A stretch of DNA of 64,000 nt from NCBI RefSeq assembly GCF_024236215.1, contig NZ_JACKKX010000004.1; one strand, given 5' to 3'. The notes under the pieces were generated by a model. It saw only the letters and a program-made list of their open reading frames with translations. It was not told the origin of the DNA and made no database searches. A program made the position numbers and the translations under genes. Below are positions 29,760 through 38,962 of the stretch, piece after piece. The stretch is from Novosphingobium sp. GTDB taxonomy: Bacteria > Pseudomonadota > Alphaproteobacteria > Sphingomonadales > Sphingomonadaceae. Numbering within the stretch: position 1 is the first letter of the stretch; each line of letters begins with the position of its first letter.

Positions 29760-32576
29760 CTATTTCGCCTTGGCGATCACGGTCACCGGCTTCTTGCCAG
29801 CCACGTAGCCCGCGAAGAGCTGCTGCACCTGCGCGGCATCGACCCGCTCGATCCCCGTCACTTCGCCAAGCAGCACACTGCGCACACGCGGATCGATCAG
29901 CACCTGCGGCAGGTTGCCGATCCACCACTCATTGCTTTCGTACTGCTTGGTGCGCGATTCGATCAGCGGACGCCGGGCGCGGTCCAGTTCGTCGGCACTG
30001 ACCGGCTTGGCGGCAAGATCGGAGATCTGTTCGTCGAGCAGGCTCGCGAAGGTGGTGAAATTCCCCTCGGGAGTCTCGATCGAGACCGAGAGGTAGCCTT
30101 GCCCGGCGATCTGCACCGAGCCAACCGCCCCGGCATTGGGTGAATAGGTCAGCCCAAGCTTTTCGCGCACCGTATCGACCAGCCGAGCGCGCAGGATCGC
30201 GGCTGCGACATCGGCGGTGTAGCTTAGGGACGGATTGGCGAAATAGTCCGGCAGCGCCCAGTAGCGACCGTAGAACGCCTGGTCGGCGCGGCCCTTGTGA
30301 TTGACGACCCACGGCTCGTCGCGCCCGGTGGGCATGGTGATGGAGGGCTTGGCCACCGCTTTGCGCGTCAGCTTGGGGCCGGCCGCGAAAGTGGTCTGCA
30401 TCGCCTTGATCGCACCTGCGACATCGATATCGCCGACAATGGTGACGTCCGCCGGTCCGGCCAGCGCCGGGCCAAGCAGCGCGGGCAGATCGGCCGGCGT
30501 GGTCGCGGCGATTTCGGCGCCGGTGGGCAGCTGCCCGAAGCGCGAGTCCCCGCCGCCGGTCAGCCGCTGGGTCTCACGCATGAAAACGGCACCCGCGTTG
30601 GCATCGACCTGGCCCGAAACCATCGGCCCGATCGCCGCCATCTTCTCGCCCAGCTCGGGCCGGAAACCCGGATCGCGGGCATAGGCGGCAAGCAGCTGCA
30701 TTTCGCTGGCGAAGTCTGCCGGGCGGGTTGTGCCGGTCAGGCTGAAGCTGCGCACCCCGGCCTTGAGCTGGGCATTGACCACCAGACCGCCCGACTGCGC
30801 CCAGCGCTGAACATCGGCCAGGGCCAGCTTGCCCGTGCCACCCAGCGGCATCAAATCGACCGCCCACAGCGCGCGCAGCAGCGCGGGATCGGCACCCGCG
30901 CGCCCGCCGCCCAGCGAAACGCTGATCCGGATCTTGTCCTTCTCAAACGTGCTCGGGCGAACCAGCAGGCGGCTGCCGTTGGCGAAGGTCACCAGGTTGG
31001 TGCCAAGCTGCTTGTCGACCTTGCGCGAGACGACCTTGCCGGGCGCTCCGAAGCCGGAATAGGGCCAGATGATCGCGGCATCGGCAGCGCGCGCGGCCAG
31101 CGGCTTGGCATAGTCTGCGGCCAGTTCCGCCGCGAGCTTGTCTGCACCGGCGGGTTCGCCCTGGCTCGAGCGGAACAGCACCGGCCCCTTGCCGGTAAAG
31201 GCCTGGCGCATCGCCGCCTCGACCATCTCGGGAGTGAGCGCATCGAGCACCGGCCGCGCAAAATCGAGATCCTGCTGGGGGCTGGTATAGAGCTGATCCT
31301 GCGCGGCCGCGCTCAGCAGACCGTCGGCCAGATCCTCGTTCTTCCGGGTCGGCGCGTTGGCGGCGGCGGCTTCCAGTTGGGTGCGCACCTGCGTTACCGC
31401 GCGCTTGAGCTCTTCGGCGGTGACTGGCCCGGCAGCCGCCTGGCGCTGCTCCAGGATCACAGCGGCCAGGGCCTCGTTCCATTTTTCCGGCGCCGCAGCA
31501 ACCGCGAGCTGGGTCAGCGATGCAACCCCGACAAGATCGGGAACCAGCGCAGCCTGCCCGCCGACGAAGGGGCTGCCCGGCTTGGCGGCGCGGTCCGCGA
31601 TCCGGTTGTTGAGTACTGTCAGCGCGACATACTGGACCATCTGTTCGCGATCGTAATCGGCCGTCGCGGCACGGGCGTCGCGCGGGCGCACCCAGCTCAG
31701 CGTCAGCAGATCGGGCGCACCGGCGGCGGCGAATTCGCTGGCCGGCTTGGCGGGATCGGGCTGGCCGGGTTCGAGCCCATCGGCCGCCCCCTTGCCCTGC
31801 CAATCGGAAAAGCGTTCCTTGATCATCGCCTCAACCTTGGCCGGATCGACATTGCCGATCACGATCAGGGTGGCGTTTTCGGGGCGGTAATTGGCCTCGT
31901 AATAGCGCCGCAAACGCGCGGGCGTTGCGCCCTTGATCGTCTCGATCAGCCCGATCGGCCAGCGCTGCACCGCGCGGGTTCCGGCGAGCGAATTGCTGAG
32001 ATTGACCTTGACTGCCCGGTAGCCGGGAACATCGCGCACGCGCTCCTCCGAAAGAAGTACGCCGCGTTCGGCCTCGACCGTTGCCGGAGCCAGATCGAGC
32101 CGCCCGCCGATTTCGCGCAGCAGCATCAGCCCGGTATCGAGCGCTCCCTCGCCCGCCTTGGGGAAGTTGAACATGTAGACCGTCTGGTCCTGTGCAGTGA
32201 AGGCATTGGTATCGGGGCCGAAACGCAGACCATGGCGTTCGAGCATCTTGATCACCTCGCCATCGGCGACATTGGTGCTGCCGCGAAAGGCCATATGCTC
32301 GAGATAGTGGGCCAGACCCTGCTCCTCCTCACGCTCCTTCATCGAGCCCGAGCCGATCCGCATCCGCATCGCCACCCCGTCCGAGGGGGTTTCGTTGTGC
32401 AGGATCGCATAGCGCATCCCGTTAGGCAGGGTGCCGAACACCACCGCCGGATCGGCCTGGCGCCCGGTATAGTCTTGCGCCCAGTGCCCAGCCTGCTTGA
32501 GCAGCGGCGCATCGGCGATCGCCGGAACGCACAGCAACGCGGCCAGCAAAGTGGTGAAAAGGGCACGGATCTTCAT
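29760..32576 (-). CDS. exported M16 (pitrilysin/insulinase) zinc peptidase, double-length PqqL-like form
   Basis: It has the inverted zinc motif HYLEHMAFRGS (HxxEH), a signal peptide, and 938 aa, enough for both M16 halves. Confidence 0.85.
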   Translation of the reverse strand: MKIRALFTTLLAALLCVPAIADAPLLKQAGHWAQDYTGRQADPAVVFGTLPNGMRYAILHNETPSDGVAMRMRIGSGSMKEREEEQGLAHYLEHMAFRGSTNVADGEVIKMLERHGLRFGPDTNAFTAQDQTVYMFNFPKAGEGALDTGLMLLREIGGRLDLAPATVEAERGVLLSEERVRDVPGYRAVKVNLSNSLAGTRAVQRWPIGLIETIKGATPARLRRYYEANYRPENATLIVIGNVDPAKVEAMIKERFSDWQGKGAADGLEPGQPDPAKPASEFAAAGAPDLLTLSWVRPRDARAATADYDREQMVQYVALTVLNNRIADRAAKPGSPFVGGQAALVPDLVGVASLTQLAVAAAPEKWNEALAAVILEQRQAAAGPVTAEELKRAVTQVRTQLEAAAANAPTRKNEDLADGLLSAAAQDQLYTSPQQDLDFARPVLDALTPEMVEAAMRQAFTGKGPVLFRSSQGEPAGADKLAAELAADYAKPLAARAADAAIIWPYSGFGAPGKVVSRKVDKQLGTNLVTFANGSRLLVRPSTFEKDKIRISVSLGGGRAGADPALLRALWAVDLMPLGGTGKLALADVQRWAQSGGLVVNAQLKAGVRSFSLTGTTRPADFASEMQLLAAYARDPGFRPELGEKMAAIGPMVSGQVDANAGAVFMRETQRLTGGGDSRFGQLPTGAEIAATTPADLPALLGPALAGPADVTIVGDIDVAGAIKAMQTTFAAGPKLTRKAVAKPSITMPTGRDEPWVVNHKGRADQAFYGRYWALPDYFANPSLSYTADVAAAILRARLVDTVREKLGLTYSPNAGAVGSVQIAGQGYLSVSIETPEGNFTTFASLLDEQISDLAAKPVSADELDRARRPLIESRTKQYESNEWWIGNLPQVLIDPRVRSVLLGEVTGIERVDAAQVQQLFAGYVAGKKPVTVIAKAK

Positions 32577-32792
32577 GGGGGGTACTCCAGGACAAACCGG
32601 GTGCGCGGTGCAGACCGGGAAGTCTGCGATGCGCGAAATGAAACCTGCCTGAACACATTGTTCCGCGATTTCAACAGCAAACCGACCAACGGAGTTCGAT
32701 TGCCGCAGAGTCGGCAGTTCCAGCCGGGTCCGTAGGCTTGCGCCGAACGATCAAGCCGCTAGGCCATTGCCTGACAAAGGGGAGAGCTGGCG

Positions 32793-34991
32793 ATGGGATG
32801 GATCGGACGCACCGGGTGGGGTCTTGCCCTGGCGGGGCTGGTCGGGGCGGTGGCGCTGATCAACTGGGAACCGTTCCTGGCCGAGCAGCCCGGCGTGCCT
32901 CCGCCGTCCCATGCCTATTCCGCAGAAATTTCGCGCGACGAGTTCGGCGTGCCGCATATCCACGGACGGACCGATCCCGATACCGCCTTCGGGGTTGCCT
33001 ATGCCCACGCCGAGGACGACTTTTCGACCCTGCAAGAAGTGCTGGCGATGACCCGCGGACGCTATGGCGCCCTGGCCGGGGCCGACGGCGCCGGGGTCGA
33101 TTTCGCCTACCATTTCATCGATGCGCGCGGTACCGCACGGCGGCACTATGGCGCACTGCCGGGCGATGTCCGCGCGGTGCTCGATGGCTATGCCAGCGGG
33201 CTCAACCGCTATGCCGCAACGCATCCACGCGAAGTGCGGATGGCCCGGCTGTTCCCGGTCAACGGCGAGGACATCGCCACCGGTTTTGTCCTGCGGCTGC
33301 CGTTCTTCTTCGGGCTCGACCGGGTGCTTGGCCCGCTCGCCAAGGATGAACCGCTGCGCCCCGAACACGGGCCGAGCCTGACCGGACAGGATCACGACGA
33401 ATTCGGGATTGGCGCGGTGGACCAGCTGGTCCCCGCGCGGGCGATGCCGCTACCTATGGGCGATGCTGCCGAAAGTTCGGGCTCCAACGCCTTCGCCGTC
33501 GCGCCTGCCCATTCGACCGACCGGACCACCCGGCTGATCGCCAACAGCCACCAGCCCTGGCGGGGCGGGGTCGCCTGGTACGAACTGGCGATCGACAGCG
33601 ACAGCGGCTGGCATTTTGCGGGCGCGACCTTTCCCGGCTCGCCCTGGCCGTTCCTGGGGCACAACGACAATCTGGGCTGGACCAACACGGTCAACCGGCC
33701 CGACCTGATCGACGTCTACAAGCTGGAGGTCGATGCCGGGGCGAAGAACTACAAGCTGGACGGCAAATGGCAGCCGCTTGCCAGCGAACGGGTGTGGCTG
33801 CCGGTGCGTTTCGGCCCCTTCGTTCTGCCGGTGCCGCGCCGGGTCTGGCGCAGCGTCCACGGACCGGCGCTGGTCACCGCGCGCGGGGTCTATGCGGTGC
33901 GTTATGCCGGGATCGACAGCCTTGACAGCCTGACCCAGTACTATCGCCTGACCAAGGCCCGCAATTTCACCGAATGGCAGACGGCGATGGCCATGCAGGG
34001 GGTGCCCGCAACCAACTTCATCTATGCCGACCGCGCGGGCACCATCGCCTATTGGTACAACGCCGCGATCCCCGATCGCAAGCCGGGGCCTGACTGGCGC
34101 CACCCGGTTTCGGGCACCGATTCCAGCCTGATCTGGCGCCGCCCGATCGCCTGGGACAAGGTGCCGCACCTGATCAATCCGGCCTCGGGCTATCTGTTCA
34201 ATTCCAACAATACCCCGCTGCTAGCAGCCGGTCCCGGCAGCGAGCTTGACCCGGCCGCGATCCCGGCGATCTGGGGGGTGGAAACCGATCTTACCAACCG
34301 CGCGCGCCGTGCCAGCAAATTGCTCGCCGCCGCCGGTCCCTTGAGCCGCGAGGCGCTGTTGGCGATCAAGTTCGACACCGCATACGAGCGCGCAGGCTAT
34401 GTCGCTTGGATGCTCGATGCAATTGCCCGGCTCGATCTGCGGCGCGAGCCCGAACTGGCCGAAGGGCAGAAGCTGCTGGCGAGCTGGGATTTCAACGCGG
34501 ACTCGAAGGGCCCCGCCGATGCCCTGGCGGTGATGGTGCTCGAACCGGCGATGAAGGCGAGCTATGGCCTCAGGGCCGCACCCGATCCCCACGCTGTGCT
34601 GGCCGAGGCGGTGCACCACCTGCAAGCCCATTTCGGCCGGATCGACCCGCCGCTGGGCGCGGTGCTGCGGGTACGCCAGGGCAAAGCCGACCTGCCCTAT
34701 GAAGGCGGCGGCGATACCCTGCGCGCCGCGACCGACTGGGATGCCGAGTCCGATGGGCGGCTTTCGGTCAAACATGGCGACAGCTACATCATGGTGATCG
34801 AATGGGGCCCGGACGGAGCGGTGCGCTCGCAGTCTATCCAGCCCTATGGCGCGGCCACCTCCCGGCCCGACAGTCCGCACTATGCCGATCAGGCACCGCT
34901 GTTCGTTAAACGGCGCTTCAAGCCGGTCTGGTTCACCCGCGCCGATGTGGCGAAACACGCGGTTCGTCGATATGAAGTTTCGAGCCGCTGA
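32793..34991 (+). CDS. penicillin/AHL-acylase family Ntn hydrolase
   Basis: It has an N-terminal anchor and the autoprocessing-site context ESSGSNAFAVAP (Ser nucleophile). FGVPHIHG and GVAYAHAEDDF match the typical alpha-subunit. Confidence 0.85.
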   Translation: MGWIGRTGWGLALAGLVGAVALINWEPFLAEQPGVPPPSHAYSAEISRDEFGVPHIHGRTDPDTAFGVAYAHAEDDFSTLQEVLAMTRGRYGALAGADGAGVDFAYHFIDARGTARRHYGALPGDVRAVLDGYASGLNRYAATHPREVRMARLFPVNGEDIATGFVLRLPFFFGLDRVLGPLAKDEPLRPEHGPSLTGQDHDEFGIGAVDQLVPARAMPLPMGDAAESSGSNAFAVAPAHSTDRTTRLIANSHQPWRGGVAWYELAIDSDSGWHFAGATFPGSPWPFLGHNDNLGWTNTVNRPDLIDVYKLEVDAGAKNYKLDGKWQPLASERVWLPVRFGPFVLPVPRRVWRSVHGPALVTARGVYAVRYAGIDSLDSLTQYYRLTKARNFTEWQTAMAMQGVPATNFIYADRAGTIAYWYNAAIPDRKPGPDWRHPVSGTDSSLIWRRPIAWDKVPHLINPASGYLFNSNNTPLLAAGPGSELDPAAIPAIWGVETDLTNRARRASKLLAAAGPLSREALLAIKFDTAYERAGYVAWMLDAIARLDLRREPELAEGQKLLASWDFNADSKGPADALAVMVLEPAMKASYGLRAAPDPHAVLAEAVHHLQAHFGRIDPPLGAVLRVRQGKADLPYEGGGDTLRAATDWDAESDGRLSVKHGDSYIMVIEWGPDGAVRSQSIQPYGAATSRPDSPHYADQAPLFVKRRFKPVWFTRADVAKHAVRRYEVSSR

Positions 34992-35032
34992 GATTCCTGC
35001 AGTCTGACGGCTGTCTGCCCACCGGAGAATCC

Positions 35033-37942
35033 ATGCGTCCTTTCCTTGCCGCTGCACTGCTTGCCGCCACGCTGGCGGGCTGCGCCGCCCAGCCCGCACC
35101 CCCGGCCTCGATTGCCACAGTCGCGCCCATAGCCGCGCCGGTTGCCGCACCCCAGCCCGCGCCGCTGGCCGAGCTGGTGAAGGCAGTCGACATCCCCTAT
35201 GACACGTTCACGCTGGATAACGGCCTCACCGTGATCGTCCACACCGATCGCAAGGCGCCGATCGTCGGGGTCACCACCTATTACCGGGTCGGCTCCAAGA
35301 GCGAACCCAAGGGCCGCACCGGCTTTGCCCACTTGTTCGAGCACCTGATGTTCGGCGGCAGCGAAAACGTGCCCAATTTCGACATCCCGCTGGAAGGCGC
35401 GGGCTCGACCCCGACCAACGGATCGACCTGGTACGATCGCACCAACTATGTCGAGACCGTGCCCACCGGCGCGCTCGATCTTGCGCTGTTCATGGAAAGC
35501 GACCGCATGGGCCACCTGCTCGGTGCGGTCAGCCAGGACAAGCTCGACAAGCAACGCGGGGTTGTCCAGAACGAGAAGCGCCAGGGCGACAACGAGCCCT
35601 ATGGCCTGGCCGACTATGCCATCAACGAAGGGCTGTTCCCGGTCGGCCATCCCTATCGCCATTCGGCTATCGGCTCGATGGCCGATCTCGACGCGGCAAG
35701 TCTGGCCGACGTGCGCAAGTGGTTTACCGACAACTATGCCCCCAACAACGTCGTTCTGGCGCTTTCGGGCGATATCGATGCCGCCACCGCCCGGCCGATG
35801 GTCGAAAAGTGGTTCGGATCGATCCCGCGCGGCCCCGACGTGGCGAAGCAGGATGCGGGGCCGGTTACCCTGCCCGCCCCGCTGCGGCGCGACATGACCG
35901 ATCAGGTCCCGGTAGTGCAGGTCAACCGGATCTGGAGCGGCCCCGGGCTCAACGATCCCGATGCCGCAGCGCTGGATATGGGGATGCGGGTGCTGGGCGG
36001 GCTGGCCTCGTCGCGGCTCGACAACGAACTGGTGCGTGGTCAGCAGATCGCGGTTTCGGTTTCAGCCTCGGCCCAGCTCAATGAGCAGGTCTCGATCCTG
36101 CAGGTGTCGATGGAGATCAAGCCGGGGGTCGATCGCGCCACGGCCGAGGCCGCGCTCGATGCGGTGATCGCGCACTTTCTGGCCGATGGCCCCAGCGAGG
36201 ACGAATTGCGCCGAGCCGCAACCTCCACCGTCGCCCAGCAGATCGGCGCGCTCGAGCAGGTCGGCGGCTTTTCCGGCAAGGGCGCGCAGCTGGCCGAGGG
36301 GCAGCTCTATTCGGGCAATCCCGCCCAGTTCAAGGCCGATCTGGCGCGGATCGCGGCGCTGACCCCGGGCGAGGTGCGCACGGCGATGCAGCGGTGGCTT
36401 TCGCGCCCGGTCTATGCCCTGGCCGTGGTGCCCGGAACCCGCACCGACAAGGGTGAGTCGATGGGCGGCTGGGGTGATGAAGCGGCCGCCGCCGCGCCGC
36501 GCCGCGAAGCCCGCAAGAAACCGCCCCGGCTGGAGCAAGGCCCCGCCCGGACCGCGCCGCCGGTCGCCCCGGTCGGCGATCTGGCGTTCCCGGCAATCGA
36601 GCGCGCCACGCTTTCCAACGGCATCCCGGTGGCGCTGGCGCATCGCGGGGCGGTGCCCACCGTGCTGGTCAGCCTGTCATTCGATGCGGGCAATGCGGCG
36701 GATTCACTCGATAGCCCCGGCACCCAGTCGCTGATGCTCGCCGCGCTCGATGAAGGGACCGCGACCCGCGATGCCACTGCCATCGCCGAGGAGAAGGAGC
36801 GGCTTGGCGCGCAGATCTGGAGCGGGGCGGGGCTCGACGATTCGACCGTGACGCTCTCCGCGCTCAGCGCCAATCTCGCCCCGTCTCTGGCGCTGCTGGC
36901 CGACGTGGTGCGCAGTCCCGCATTCCGCGAGGCCGATGTGGCCCGCGCGCGCGAACAGCGGCTTGGCGAGCTGGGCCAGGCCCTGGCCAGTCCGCGCGCG
37001 CTTGCCAGCCGCAGCCTGGCGCCGATCCTGTTCGGCAGGGACCATCCCTATGGTCTGCCGGGAGACGGGATGGGCGATCCCGCCAGCGTCGCCGCGCTCG
37101 ATCCCGCCGCGTTGAAAGCCGCGCACCAGCGCTGGCTGCGGCCCGACAACCTGCAGATCACCGTGGTTGGCGATATCGCGATGGAGCAGCTGCGCCCGAT
37201 GCTCGAAGCGGCCTTTGGCGGATGGAAGGCTCCCGCCACTCCCTCGCCGGTAAAGCGGCTCGACGCCCGCCCACTTGCTCCAGCCGAGCGGATCGTGCTG
37301 ATCGACCGGCCCAACTCGCCCCAGTCGGTGATCGTTGCCGGGCGGGTGCTGCCGATGATCGGGGGGACACCGGGGATGGAAGCGCTCGACCTTGCCAACG
37401 AAGTGCTGGGCAACGGCTTTCTTTCGCGCCTCAACATGGATCTGCGCGAGGACAAGGGCTGGTCCTATGGCGTGCGCTCTGCGGTTGCCAGCCCCAGGGG
37501 ATCGCGCAGCCTGGTGCTGACCGCGCCGGTCCAGGCCGACCGTACCGGCGATGCCATCGCCCTGATCCGCAAGGACATGGCCGATTTCCCCGCCCGGCGG
37601 GGGGTCGATCCGGTCGAGCTAGGGCGGGTGACCGATGGCAACATCCGCGCTCTGCCCAACCGCTTCGAAACCAACATGCAGGTGCTTGGCGCGATGCTGA
37701 TGAACCGGCGGCTGGGGCGTCCCGATGACTATTACACGACGCTCGCCGCGCGCTATCGCGCGATCGACAAGGCCGCGATCGACGCGGCTGCGCAGGCCTA
37801 TCTGCAGCCGCAGGGGCTGGTCTTTGTGGTGGTGGGCGATCGCAAGCTGGTCGAGCCGCAACTCAAAGCGCTCGGCCTACCGCTCGAAGTGCTCGACGCG
37901 CCGAGCGCGGCGGTTGACAGCGAAGCCGACAGCGGCGAGTGA
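35033..37942 (+). CDS. exported M16 zinc peptidase, double-length form (second copy)
   Basis: It has HLFEHLMFGGS (HxxEH), a lipoprotein-like signal (LAATLAGC) and 969 aa. It starts 41 nt after the acylase stop. Confidence 0.85.
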   Translation: MRPFLAAALLAATLAGCAAQPAPPASIATVAPIAAPVAAPQPAPLAELVKAVDIPYDTFTLDNGLTVIVHTDRKAPIVGVTTYYRVGSKSEPKGRTGFAHLFEHLMFGGSENVPNFDIPLEGAGSTPTNGSTWYDRTNYVETVPTGALDLALFMESDRMGHLLGAVSQDKLDKQRGVVQNEKRQGDNEPYGLADYAINEGLFPVGHPYRHSAIGSMADLDAASLADVRKWFTDNYAPNNVVLALSGDIDAATARPMVEKWFGSIPRGPDVAKQDAGPVTLPAPLRRDMTDQVPVVQVNRIWSGPGLNDPDAAALDMGMRVLGGLASSRLDNELVRGQQIAVSVSASAQLNEQVSILQVSMEIKPGVDRATAEAALDAVIAHFLADGPSEDELRRAATSTVAQQIGALEQVGGFSGKGAQLAEGQLYSGNPAQFKADLARIAALTPGEVRTAMQRWLSRPVYALAVVPGTRTDKGESMGGWGDEAAAAAPRREARKKPPRLEQGPARTAPPVAPVGDLAFPAIERATLSNGIPVALAHRGAVPTVLVSLSFDAGNAADSLDSPGTQSLMLAALDEGTATRDATAIAEEKERLGAQIWSGAGLDDSTVTLSALSANLAPSLALLADVVRSPAFREADVARAREQRLGELGQALASPRALASRSLAPILFGRDHPYGLPGDGMGDPASVAALDPAALKAAHQRWLRPDNLQITVVGDIAMEQLRPMLEAAFGGWKAPATPSPVKRLDARPLAPAERIVLIDRPNSPQSVIVAGRVLPMIGGTPGMEALDLANEVLGNGFLSRLNMDLREDKGWSYGVRSAVASPRGSRSLVLTAPVQADRTGDAIALIRKDMADFPARRGVDPVELGRVTDGNIRALPNRFETNMQVLGAMLMNRRLGRPDDYYTTLAARYRAIDKAAIDAAAQAYLQPQGLVFVVVGDRKLVEPQLKALGLPLEVLDAPSAAVDSEADSGE

Positions 37943-37991
37943 TAGGCTACTTACCCCCCTGTAAGTTGGAACGATTCTAGGGAGATTAGCG

Positions 37992-38291
37992 ATGTCCATT
38001 TCCGGCACTTACGACTGCGTCAGCAAAACCCCGATGGGGGATCAGAAGAGCCAGTTCACCATCGCGGTGGATGGCGATACCTTCACCGGCAAGAACGCCG
38101 GGGCGATGGGGTCGATGGATCTCGAAAACGGCAAGGTCGATGGCAACAAGCTGACCTGGACCATGAACATGACCGTGCCGATGCCGATGAAGCTGGAAGG
38201 CGAGGCCACCGTCGATGGTGACACCATCACCGGCTCGATCAAGGCCGGGGCTTTCGGGAGCTTCCCGATGACCGGCACCAAGGTCGGCTAA
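37992..38291 (+). CDS. hypothetical 99-aa protein, beta-rich and Met-rich, with no signal peptide
   Basis: The ORF has a plausible RBS (GGGAG 8-12 nt upstream). It has an internal repeat DGDTFTG / DGDTITG and a TWTMNMTVPMPMK segment. I recognise no family. Confidence 0.5.
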   Translation: MSISGTYDCVSKTPMGDQKSQFTIAVDGDTFTGKNAGAMGSMDLENGKVDGNKLTWTMNMTVPMPMKLEGEATVDGDTITGSIKAGAFGSFPMTGTKVG

Positions 38292-38314
38292 GGCCGCACC
38301 GCGATACAAACAGC

Positions 38315-38350
38315 AAGGGCGCCGGAAGCGATTCCAGCGCCCTTTGGTTT
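38315..38350. terminator. terminator hairpin between convergent genes
   Basis: The hairpin is AAGGGCGCCGGAA-gcg-ATTCCAGCGCCCTT (one mismatch) followed by TGGTTT. Confidence 0.5.
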
Positions 38351-38365
38351 GGCCTGCGGTTCGGT

Positions 38366-38962
38366 TCAGTAGTGCGCGCTGGCCATGATCGCCTCGGCCT
38401 TGGCCCGATTCTGCTCATAGAAGTGGGTCGCTGGCGCGGAATAGCTGATAAGGTAGAGTACGCCCCCCGAGAGTGATCCGATCGCCGTGCCGCGGCGCTT
38501 GAGCGGGCTGCCCTCGACCGCGTATTCGTAGTTGAATTTCACTGCATCGCGCTCGCCCATCTTGGCTGGCTCGACCCCGGTGACGGTGAACAGCGAGGTG
38601 TTGAGCGCGATCCGGTTGGAGCTTTCGAAGAATTCCGGAATGTCGGTCAGCGCCATGCCCTTGGTGAGGGTTGGCAAAGGCCGGTTCTTCTTGTCGGCAT
38701 CACGGTAGAGCGTTTCGCCCACGATCAGGCCGGAAACGAAATAGACCTCGTTGAGCCCGGTTCCGTCGAGTGTCCACACCTCGCCCTTCTTGATCGGGCG
38801 TACCGACCAGCGGTTCCAGTCAGCATCGGGGGTGACGGTGAGGGTGCCCTTGGCCACCGTGATCGGCTTGGCATGGGGAACCAGTTTCCAACCGGCCAGC
38901 GCCGGGGCGGCAGGAAGGCTTGCCAGGACCAGCGCGGCAAGCAACAGATTACGCTTCTTCAT
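38366..38962 (-). CDS. hypothetical exported protein (198 aa)
   Basis: The MKKRNLLLAALVLASLPAAPALA signal peptide starts at 38962 with a GGAGA RBS. The start overlaps the M48 stop (ATGA). The track ORF extends to 39214, but that extension is Arg/Pro-rich and looks non-coding. Confidence 0.6.
   Translation of the reverse strand: MKKRNLLLAALVLASLPAAPALAGWKLVPHAKPITVAKGTLTVTPDADWNRWSVRPIKKGEVWTLDGTGLNEVYFVSGLIVGETLYRDADKKNRPLPTLTKGMALTDIPEFFESSNRIALNTSLFTVTGVEPAKMGERDAVKFNYEYAVEGSPLKRRGTAIGSLSGGVLYLISYSAPATHFYEQNRAKAEAIMASAHY

Noticed and set aside
32680-32725. A tRNA-like T-loop string GAGTTCGATTGCC in the M16/acylase divergent spacer.
   Set aside because: The flanking bases do not form a T-stem, and there is no acceptor stem or anticodon arm. 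It is just a short GCCG-N6-CGGC hairpin. I found no tRNA anywhere in the window.
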